Below, piece after piece: positions 12,101 to 23,700 of a DNA stretch of 64,000 bases. Source of the DNA: Eutreptiella sp. 'Long Island Sound 2002'. Its lineage: Eukaryota > Protista > Euglenida. The notes below the pieces were generated by a model. The model was not told where the DNA came from, made no database searches, and saw only the letters and a list, made by a program, of their open reading frames with translations. Within the stretch, counting starts at the first letter, position 1, and each line of letters begins with the position of its first letter. The position numbers and the translations under genes are program-made. The stretch is taken from assembly GCA_964036045.1 (NCBI GenBank), contig OZ038378.1, forward strand, positions 168,950,001 to 169,014,000. The letters run 5' to 3'.

Positions 12101-14714
12101 GTGGTGCGCATCACACCCGAACCTGGGGCAATGCAGATTAGTGAGGAATGCCAGACCACGCCTTGAGCACACTACTACACCTGTACACATACCCTCATGG
12201 ATCCCATGAAATCTCCCACAAACACTTGTTGTGTGTCGGGGTCTGCGTAGAAATCAAAGCATTGGTCAATTTCCTGCAACAGACGAGAAGTCCCTGTAGC
12301 CCTTAGACATGTTCGGTTCACACTTGGGATTTGGCAAGGGCCAGCGCCGGGACGCTACGACGCAGTAATTCACAAAACGAATTGGCAAAGTGCTGGTGCG
12401 TGTTGTCGTTGCTTGCAGCGGATTTCTGGGGAGGAGGGCTCAGTCATATATATTACTACACCCCTCTCCCTTTAAATCTAGGTAACAGCAGCAAGCAAGC
12501 AACACCAACTCAGCCATTGGAAATGGGCTGGGCACAAGTTCAAGCTCTCCACTGAACGGAGGTTTTCTTTTTGTGCTCAGTTGCAATGAAACACAGATCA
12601 TTTGTTAGACTCATGCCCTCTGGATCTTGTTGAGCTTCTGCGGCTCGCCTTTTTTGTGGCTTCATTACTCTGCAACCCTTGGGGTTCAGGTTAGGGTTCA
12701 CTTCAGTTCAGGACCCCAACACCTGCGGTGTGAGCTGGGAGTCCAGAAGGGAGAAGGTTAGAGGGTCAAAAAATTTGAGTTTGGCGGAGAGGTGGGGGGG
12801 GGGTCTCCCCGATAATCACCTTGCAGACGTTGGCCAATCAAAACCACGCAGGTCCATATGTATGGGAGAACGCCACAAACACCCCTTTTGGGGCCCATTT
12901 GCATACACCATCCAAAGGGGTTGAATTCATAGTTTAACCCCTTGAAATATCCTTATTTTGTCCAATAAAAATATCCCCCAATGAGTTTTTGGCTGGGACC
13001 CCCTAGTCCCCGCCCCCCAACTTAAAATACTTTTCTGGGGGGAGGGAAGGGGGGGGGGGGTGCCAAAAACAACAAAAAAAAGCCTCACCTTTTGCAGGCT
13101 TGAGATTCATGAATTTTCTTTTTCTTCTTCAAGTTTTGAGCAAAAAAAAGGCATGCATGTAATTCGCCTTTTGAGGAGGGAACCCACCACTCGTCGGGAG
13201 GTGGTTTGATTGGGGGTGAGGGGGGCATCAAAAAACAATCTGAGATGTGGAGAACCCGCTCGGCTAACCCGAACAGCTGGGGAAAGCCGGGAACAGCCGG
13301 GGGGTGGGTGGGTATTTCGCCTGGGTACAATTTCGCCGCGGATAATTTCGCCAGGGGAAAGTTTCGCGACCCTTGACCTCCCCAAAGCCAAGTGTCATAC
13401 GCCCGAACGACTGCAATAAAAGACACAAGACATGCACCAGACAAAGACTCCGAAATCCCAACACATTGCCACAATGTTGTCACAGAATTGCGTTTTCTGA
13501 GAGGTTACAGGATCAGCAGCACCGGGTTTCATGCATCTTCGCAAGAAACGGTTGGCTCAGGCGCGTTCGTAGGCGCCCTTGGCTCCTCAGAGGACACAAT
13601 CCCTTCAGCTGTGGCGAAGTATGGAACTGTCCAGGCAAAATTGCTCCAGGGGAAAATTTCGCCACCTTTCTTAACAGCGAAATTTCCCCGGCGAACTTCT
13701 CCTGTGGCGAACCCCCCCCGCCGCGGTATGTGAGAGTGGGACAATTGTCCCTCTGCCCACCAGTGCTGCTTCTGTCCCTTGGCGCCCCTCCCGTGCCGGC
13801 GCTGATATGCTCCACACTCGGTCTTTCCGGAGGGGGGGGGGGGCAACCAATACGACGTCCCGACCTCCTGAGGCAGAGGATGTGCAGTGGCACCTTGTCA
13901 ATGATGCCACAGCCATAGGCCCTCAATGCACGCTTGAACTCGTCTCGTGGCAGCCAGCCGCTCCCATCAGCGTCCAGCTTCTTCATCACCCGCAGCAGCC
14001 CAACGGAGCCGCTTGTGGTGCGGTCCCTGCAGCAGAGGCACGGGCGTCACGTCTGGTGGACCGGCATGGGGCAGTCTAACGTGCGACGGGGGGTCACTAC
14101 GGCCATGGGCAGCGTTCACAGGGGCGGACGGTGCCGCGTGGTGGAAAAAGGCGCAAAGGCGTCGCCAAGCGCACTGAGCAGACTGCACAAAAATCGGGTG
14201 GAATCCGATACGGAACGAGGGAGAGGCGGGGGGGGGGGGTGGCACAAGGCCTCGGTGTTAGCTTGTTTGCCTTTGGCGGTGCCTATCGGCCTCTCGCCAC
14301 TGCTCATTCTGACCCTCTGTGGGTCCGAACGTGTTTTGGTTGTGTCAACGGAGCCCCCAAATGACTTGTCCTGTTTGACTCCTCCAGGGTCGGCTGTCCC
14401 GGAGACGGGCTGTTGCCCGTGCCATTGACCAGGTGCATCCAGATGCGGGGGGGGAAGGGGGGGGATGTGCTACACGCTGCCCACCCCTTGTCCTCTAGAC
14501 TCATCCGATCCCTCGCTCTCGTGCCCTCCTCTGTTTTGGGGGTAGTCTCATGTTTGTCCGTCAACGGCCCTGAACTTCTCCGGGGCTGCGGATCGCTCCG
14601 CCGTACCCCTCACAACCACCTCCCCCCCAGTGGGGAACCACGTCTCCCTGTGCTCGGGTGCACAGGGCCATTGTTAAAGTGCTGGCCCCTGTGCAGCAGG
14701 CAGCAGCCTCCTTC

Positions 14715-14766
<52 letters not shown>

Positions 14767-17700
14767 ACCCAAGTTGCAGCTGGCCCTGAGCATCAGTCAC
14801 CTGTTGTCTGTTGCTCACCTGCTTGCTGCTTCCCGCAGGTCTGGCCCGCACAGGGCTCTGAAAACCCTTCCGGACATGGCCTACACGTGTTGCTTAACCG
14901 CTTTTCTTGCTCTGTTCCTGTTTCGTGGTTCTTGACGTGTGTGTGTGTGTGTGTGTGGGCGTGCGCACAGCAGAGGTGACATGATCGCTTCGTGCGTCGT
15001 AGTTGGGGAGTTTGTGTCCTTTGGTGCCTTATTGTTGCTCGAATGGTCTGCTGGTCCATCTCTTTTGTTGGGGCCTCAAAATTGTCCCATTCTTTAAGGC
15101 AGTGGCTGAACACTGCACGCATTGCCCCTTTGGTCCCAAAAAAAAACCGGCCATCAAAAAGGAGGGGGAGGCGTGGTGGTTGTGTGCAGGGCAGGACCCC
15201 ACCCCCTCCCCCTCCCCCTCCAGACCCCTGCCCCCCCACCGACGTCACGGGGAACAGCAGGTGTGCGAATGGGGGCACACCCACCACCACCACACATTGA
15301 GCAGCCAGCGCGGTTGTGGGGCAATCGAGCGGATGAAGCTGTGGCGGATGGTGAATGGTAAACGGGATGGTGTACCCCGACGTATGTGGGCCCAAAGTGC
15401 TCAGAATGCAACGGGGGATTCAAATGTGCCCCCAAAACCCGAAACATTTTTGACGTCCCTCCCTCCCCCCCCCCCCACACTTCTGGACCCCCCGCGCATT
15501 GGGGTCTGGAACTGAACTGAACTCCGCCCCCCCCCCCCCCCCTCCCCCGCAGAGCACGTGGTTCGTGCGAAGTGCAGCGTGCCCAGGGGCCACTGCCGCT
15601 CGTGGCTCCGCCCTGGGGGCCCCTGGGCCTAGCGCCTGAGAAAAGCAGCGCACTCCACGCCACGCCACTCCACAGCCCCCACCCCCCACCCCCCCCCCGC
15701 AACACGGCAAATTGGACACGTCACACAGCCTATCAGAAAGGTCTCGGCACAGACCTGTCCTTCATGGCATCGATCATCTTTTGATGTAAATTGTCGAGCA
15801 ATTGATCGGCCGTCAAGTCCAGCTGCGAAACGGACATGCAAAACAACAGGATTGACATTATCAGATCCCACATCAGCCCGCCGAATGTCAGCCCAGCAGA
15901 GAAGATCACATGCAACAGCCCATGCTACCGGCTTGAGGAAGGAGATGAAGCCCCACTGTCCACAGGGGCGTCACTGGCATCCTCTGCAAGGACTACAGCC
16001 AGCTCCGAGCTTATGTGGTAACCATTCCCAATACTCCACCACCAAAGACCTCAAAAAAGCGGACCAAAGGGGCGCGAAAAATGGGTTGAAACCACCCACC
16101 CACCTCTTCACCCACCCACCCACCCCATAGCAGGGGTGTGGGCTTCCGAGTAAGCAAATAGCCCCCCCCCCCCTGTCCCCCCCAATAGGCCCCCTAATAG
16201 GCCCCCCAACAGCCCCCCCCAAAAGGCCCACCAACAGCCCCCCTAATTGGCCCCCCCATATAGGCCCCCTAATAGGTCCCCCGATAGGCCATGCAATAGG
16301 CCCCCCCAATAGGCCCCCCTAATAGGCCCCCCAATACTGGTGACCTGGCATCAGCATAAAACCCTCAGGATGGTAGTGGGAGGGACGGCCCGCCATCCTG
16401 CAAAGCCGCGCAAGGGCCCGGAGGAATAGAAGAGGAGGAGAAAAAAGAAGGAGACAGAGAAAGCAGGAACCGGGGCCTGCCATGCACCCGGCACGTGGCT
16501 CTCCCTCTCGCAACAACGGATGGGGAGGCTCCCAGATGAGGTTCTGGGGGTGGCGCTCTGTGCGCCGGCATTGTGCCTCGGTCACCACAGCAAGTGACCG
16601 GTGCCACGCCAGGGGACACTCCAAAGGTGTGTGTTGGTTCCTCTGTCGCAGGGCGCTGCTATGCACGAGAGGCGCCGCTGTGCGCAGAGGGCGCCACAGA
16701 GCGCGAAGAAGGAGATGGGCAGGAGGCAAGTGGTGGAGCAAGGGGCCATCTGGAGCGGGCCTCCGCGCCATTGCTCGACCCAAAAGACTGCTAGGGGCTA
16801 ATCCATAGGGCCCTGGCATGTCAGAGTTGGTGGGAAGGAGACCGTAACCGAGTGGCCAGCGCGCAGGTGGAGAGCGGCGCTGACCTAGGTTCGATTGCCA
16901 CCGAGGACTAAGGCATGCAGGGTCCTTGCATCTATGTGGAAGCCCCGGGCAATCAAATTGCGGCCTCTACGTGTTGAAGGTGCGGGGCGATGCACTCGGG
17001 AGAGAGGTCGAAGGTTTCTTCTTCCGGTAATTGACTTGATGGGGGGGGGGGGCACCCATGCAATTAGAAACCACCCTCAAAGCTGGACATGGCCATCCCG
17101 GTAAGTATCTTCCCCTTCAGTTCCCTTCTCCACACAACACGGTCTCGGGTCTGAGGCGACCCGAAATTGCTTGAATCGCAGCATGAGCTCATCAACCAAC
17201 AGCATCTAGTCCGTGAGACCACCTCAGACAAGGCCATAATAAGTGTGCCATGCCACTGCCACACCCGAGGCATCTGCTTCCTCCACTTCCTCCTACTCCG
17301 GCCCCGTTCCCCCCTCACGCTCAACAGATAGGCCATTCGGGTGGTGCCCTCTGGGCCCCTTCGTCTACGCGGGCTGTAGCGCCGTAGCCTGTGCACCTAG
17401 CACCGGTGGCACCCAAGGGAGGGAAGCACTCTTTGTGCCCTGGGGCCCCTCCACCTGCCCTGGGTATGCCCTCGGCCGTGGGGAGCCAGACCCAGCCCAC
17501 ATGGCAGCACCACCTGTGCCGAAGGCAGTCAAGGAGTGCGGGTCTGACCCCAGTCATGCCACGTACCGGCGCCTTCCCGTGCCAACAGGCAGCTATGCAG
17601 CGGTTGGGTAGCTTGTCCTTGTGATGTGGAGGTTGTGAGCCCAGGCCCACATCTCCCCCGGCAGGCTCAGCATCAGGCTCTCCAGCCTCCCTGCCGGGGC

Positions 17701-20700
17701 CTGAAGCACCACGCACACACTTCCCCGCGCCACGTGCACCGACGCCGAACAACAGTGGAGCAAGCAGGTGTGCCACAGCCCCCCCCCCCCCCCCCTCAGA
17801 CACACAAGGGCACATACACACAGGCACGGTGGCATCTCCCGCTCTCGAGCGCCACCGCAGGGTCTGGGGGCGGTCAACAGTCCGGTAGGCCTTGTGACCG
17901 GACACCCGGAGACGGCCGCCCAGTCGGGTCCCGCAGGGAAGGCGGCGCGGACCTCAGGTTGGCGACCAGGTGAGGCCTTGACCCAACCCAACCAACGCAG
18001 ACCCCCTCATGCTCCGCTCCCTTCCCCCCACACAGTATGTACAGTATGTACGTATGCACAGTAGGCTCCCCTAGCCCAACAACAGAAGACTGAAGCATGG
18101 AAGCAGGGGACAGCCAGGAAGGGGGGGAGGGAACAGGGCAAAAAGTCTAACAGCAGGCTTTCTAATGCCACGAGGTAGGGCATAGGCATAGCACAGCCGT
18201 TGTGTGGTGCCAGCACGGGTCACGTGTGCACAGCGCACTTCAAGGATAATGGGGCGGGCCATGGGCGGGGGAGAAACCCCTGCTGATGGTGAGCAGAGCT
18301 TGGGCAAAGCATTTTCTTTACTTTTGGACTGCCCCCCCCCCCCCCGCTTGCAATCTCCCCCCCCACGCACGCGACGGTCTCCCCGGGGGGGGTCCACCAA
18401 GTGACAGCCCCCCCCCCCCCCCGTATTCTAGTATAACCTAAAGAAAATTTTTCTTCGACGCGTTCGGCGCCTGGTGTTTCCTATGCTTTTTGGGCCAAGT
18501 GACGGTCTCCCAGGTGAGGGGGGGGGGGGGGGGGTTGCAAGGGGGGTAGCCCGGATGGCAGTCCATCTGTCACTGAGGAGGTGTGTGCACTATGTCGAAA
18601 GCATGTGCAGGGCGTACGCGTCATGAGAGATACCGCCCCCACCCCATATCAGCATGCCACTGCCTGCCTAACCCAACATGGCGGGCACACCAAAATGTCA
18701 TCCACGATTGTGTGCGCGTCAATGTACGGAATGGGTCCATCCGTCACGTTGGAGAAGTGCTGGAAGATGAAGCAGAAATCCTGCAACAGCAACAGAAGGA
18801 AAGAGCAGCACAGCTATGTAAGCCCTGAGCAAATAACGGGTGTGATGGGCCCCACACAGCCACGGCGCCATCAGACACTAGCACCGCTGCAACTCAGTCA
18901 TGGGGACAGCATTGGGTGGTATCTCCCGGTCTGGAAGAGCTCACAACCAGGCTGGCCTCCTCAAGTTCACATCCCAAAGGGCAAACAGGTCCCAAGTTCA
19001 CAGTGAAGGCGTGGGGGGATGGCGCCCCCCAGTAACACGGGTTCGTGGCTCGGGGGGCCTCCCCTCCCTTCACGGAGTAACCAAACTTCCCTTGGTGGAG
19101 GGCATCACAGACTTCCAGCCCTGCCCACACTGGAAACTCTCTCAATCCTGCCCGGGGGGGGGGGGGGCTCAGAGGTCAGGATGGTTCCTCAGGCAGTGGC
19201 ACTGCACTCCCAGCAGTGTTCTGCGGAGAGTTGTGGGGGGGGGGGGGGTAGTGAGGGCTGCCCAGGATTGTTGAGGGCTGTTTTTGGGGTCATGGACGGT
19301 TTATGGGGAGGTAAGTGGTGGTTGATGAGGCCTGGTTTGCGGCACTTTCAAGCGCCTTTGAAGAACGTAGCGCAGGTAGTGAAGCAAAATCGATCAACAT
19401 TCACCCAAACTCACGACTTCTGGACAAAGTTCGCGAGTTTCACTGCAGTTCATACTTTTTGTCGGGGCCATGCTTGCCACCGAGACCCGGGTGCCCGGGT
19501 CAGCGCAGATACACCCCCTCACTCTACTGGGTGTGCTCAGATACACCCTGTCACTCTGCCTGGATCTGCCTGGATACAGGTCATGTGCCACCTCAGCGGA
19601 GCTGAAATATTCCACAGCTTTTGCCTGCCTTCTTCAAAAATGGTTTCCCAAATCAATGAACTGAAGTGACTCGTTGGATTTCACCCGGTCCTTGCCCAAT
19701 ATGAAACCTTTTAGTGAAAGCTTGAAACTCATGCAACCAGACGCCATGAGGCAATGTGGAATGAAGGTTGATCACAGAGCCATTTTGGTGGCTGCATTGA
19801 AGGAGTTGTAGCCACTTCATATGAGTGTCTCTCTCCTCTTGCATTCATAGGGAAATGATTTGGAGGACAGGTGGGGGAGAGGAGAGGCTGGAAAGTTCAG
19901 GGGGTTCGTGCCCTGGTGCGTTACAGGAGCTGGAGCACGCACAAACATTAGGAGGTGGCGCGCATTACCACGAAGCAGGGCTGACACCCAAAGCTCTCAA
20001 ATCCTCACTACCAGTGGAAGCTGGGAAGATGTGTCTGACGGGGAGGACGCGGCAGAGCTCTTTAAATTTGTGGAGTCTGAATCTGTGCTGTACCAGTGCG
20101 CCAATGGAGTACCCTGGGGTGTATACCATGCTGCTGAACATGGCCCCGGGACCTAAAACGGAGTGACCCGGTGACTTGCTACGCCACACACGCATCAGGG
20201 CTCAGGGATGCAGCCGAACGCACATGCCCTGGCGCACCGCGCGCACCGCGAGGGCGGCACCCTCACCGGCATGAGAGGAAGTGCAAAAGGGGCCTCTGGC
20301 GGCCTGTTTCTGTCGGACCTTAGCCCTGTGGCAGGGGCCACGGAAATGATGTGGAGTGCTGCTGCTGCGTCTGCCCAGGTCTGCCCGGGTACCAACCCCA
20401 GCACGATGCACCATCATCCACTGCGGCGTACATGAGTCATCAGCAGCATCCCCTATACCTGGCGGACCAGGCTGCCAGCAAGGCTGCCAGTGTTGAGGTA
20501 GTGACAGGTGCCAGGGTCTACCACGGGGGGATTAAGTTTTTTTTGGGGAGGGCTAAAATTAGGAGGGGAAAATTTTGAGACTGGCCCTTAGAAATGAAGG
20601 AAATTTTTGGTATAAGGCCCCTTGCTGTTGCTTCCTAGTGGATGGTTGCTGTTATTTCCTTGTGGCCTCTAGATGGTTGCTGATATTTCCTGATGGCGTC

Positions 20701-23700
20701 TGGTGGCCCACCCCTCCTGCAACCCTCATGCACACATTTTGGCACATCGCATCCGTAAATTTGCAGGAACTATTTGGTACGAGGTAGGGCTTCCAAATTT
20801 GTCCCATCAATTTTGTCCCTCTCTACCCCCCCCCCCGTGGTACCTGGACAGACCCGGGTATGGAGCGCCCTCCCCCCCGCCGCCCCAATCCCTGCCCCCC
20901 TGTGACTGCAGCACGGCCCCTTTCTTGGGGAATGGATCTCTGTGTTGCTCAAGAGCAGGACCCAGCCCAAGTCCTCCCGGGATGGTACAGGCCTGGGCGG
21001 GCCCCTGTCATCGTGTGTGCAGCAGCCTGCACGCAGCCCAGCCTCTCCCCCTTCCGTCTGGTTCCGAGGTGGTCGTGAGGCATGTAGGGCGCGGGGGATG
21101 CGCACGATTGGCACAGCCCCGGGCACAACTTTTGCATGCGGAGCCGGGGCCTGGCCTGACTTCCTCGTGTCCCCGTTCACCGCCCGATGTGAAACGAAAT
21201 TGGAGAGCACCGACTTCGTTGTGGCCCGGGGCCATTCGACACGATTGGGACCGCAGGCCCGAGCAGGTGAGAGATCCTGAGCCCTGAGCATGAGTCGCAG
21301 GTTTGCTTGGCAAGCCATGCCATGCCAAGAGATGAGGACTCTAATGAGGAGGAAAGCCACAGCGATCCTGCACAGACTGGGGATGATGAGAACGCAGAAG
21401 TGGAATATCCCATTCTCCCCTTCCAGGTACGGGTGCCTCAGAGGCGGCAATCGAGCCACACCAGGGCACATACCGAGTGGCTGAGCCCCAAATCCAGTGA
21501 GCTCAGCGCTTTGATGAATTGCCCACGACTCAAAGTCTGCGGTCCGGCAGCAGCCAAGGCTTTCTCCAGCGCAGCCCTGATACGCAAATATAGCGTTGGA
21601 GCTGGCGAAGGCATGGCGGAGGACGACTACACTCGGGGCACCCCTCGACCCTTAGTCCCACTCCCCCCCGCAGCCATCCTTCCTCCCTCCTCCCAAACCT
21701 GGGGTTCTCCTTGTGGCGCTGGAGCAGCCGGAGCTTCAATTTACGGAGGATATCTTCAATCTGCTGCTGCGTCATGTCAAATCGGTTCTGTGGCGGACGG
21801 AGGGCGCGAGGGAGCGGAGAAGGTGCGAGAGCGACGGAGGTGGGGGCGTGGGGGCGGGGGCGTCAGGAACGCTGATGATGAGGTGGTCCGAGGGTGCCCC
21901 AGCCGGCACTACCCCGGCACAGTGCATGGGCCTCGCCCATCCACAGGGCTACACACCGCTGGTGGGGGTGAGGGGGGAGGGGGGGGGGGGGGCTGCGAAT
22001 CAAAGAACACGCGTTTGTACGCTCCCACACCGCAACGCCCGACACGCAGCAGCAGCGCTGGAAACGGCACCGATGTCGAACGCGTGTCAGGTCAGCCACA
22101 GGAATGAGAGCACCCGCAGAGCAGCACGAGGCGTTGCAGAACCCCTGGACAGCCGCACGGCGCGTCGTATGAGCGTGGCATCGCCGACACGGAGGGCCGA
22201 CCTGCTGAGCAACCCCAGGCTCATGGAGTGTTGCACAGCGCAGGCTAGGGCCACCTGTGACCCTACCAGGCTATTGCTTAAGGACCCCGGGAGAGGGGGG
22301 GGGGGGGGCTGGCCAGCGCTGGCCGACCCACCCACCCACCCACCCACCTCAGGCAAAAAAATGGAATTTATCAAAGGGGCCGGAAATTTGAGGCCGATTT
22401 AGGTACACAAACTTTTTTTTGGCCTCCGATCCACCCACCCACCCACCCACCCGCCCGGGGGGGGATGGGGGGGGGGGGGTTGTCCTTACGCAATAGCCTG
22501 GACCCTACCCAAATCTGCGTCCACTCTTTCATTGGTGGTGGGCAAAGGTCCCTGCCCCGGAGGCTCTTAGTTAGTGGCTGGAGGGGAACCTGCGTTGCCG
22601 GGTGGGCGTTGGGGAGGGGTGATCGGGTGGGTCAACACGTCTAAAGCCTGTGAAATACACGGTGCCCATGTGTTGAACTTAGTTGAGATGGGGTGGGCGG
22701 GGCGCTTCGGGGAGCCACCGATGGGATTGCTAGAAAGGGCGGAGAGCTATACCCACGACCAATGAATGATCACACATGACCACACAAGGAGTTGTATTGC
22801 AGGCTGCAGTCCGGTCGGATCACAGGACCAGGCAGACCGGAAACATCTCCACCGTGGCTTTGGGACCGCCTTTGCGCGCGTTTTTTCAGACCGCTGGAAG
22901 GACTTCCCCAATAATGTAAAGCAACTTGAGCATGAAGTGGGTTTAAATCTACGGGTGTATGTTCGTCCCCAATGAGAACACCGGATGTAGCCAAGGCAGT
23001 TCACCCCGCTTTGCTCTGCCCTTCGGAGACCCCCCCGCTGTGCATGGGGCATCCATTGCCAAACGACACGTTTAGGTAGTGACTTGGGAGCCTCATGCGT
23101 CCATGAGGACCGCCCCAAGGAGCCAAATCGACCCCCCCGCATCAGTACTACGCTCCACCTGTCTATTGGGAAGGCAGCAGTGGTGGACATCTGACCTTAT
23201 GGACCGGGAGAGGCCCCCCTGAGCTCTCAATCGGCATCCCACGCCTCATGGCGGAGCAATACGGCAATACAGCAGAAGCATCCCAGCCCACCATACCCAT
23301 ACCCTGCGAGCATCACATCAACCACTGGGAGTCCACAATCATTTTTCCGCAAACTTAAAGGATGACTGGGGAACTGTTCCTTGCAGGTCGCAGTGGTCAT
23401 GCACCGGCTCTACCTTCTTCCTTGCCACCACCTTTGGGGTGCGTTGATGGCCCACCAACAGAAAGTGGCTCACAAAGGGGCCAAGAATTTGCAGTCTTGA
23501 CATGCGTTTTTGAACGAACAAAAATTGAAAACAACGCACCAGCTCAAAGGCCCCCTGCCAAATTGCACAGACCGTCATCGACTACCATGGTTCTATTCGC
23601 ACCCACTCAACCTGCACACTGCACAGCATACAGTCGACAACAAATACCCAGGCACACTCTGCACACACACAGAGCAGTAGACAAAGCACACCCTGAGCGC

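Noticed and set aside
19315-19605. + strand ORF MVVDEAWFAALSSAFEERS...
   Set aside because: Protein-like, but no recognisable motif or splice context; it cannot be supported without a search
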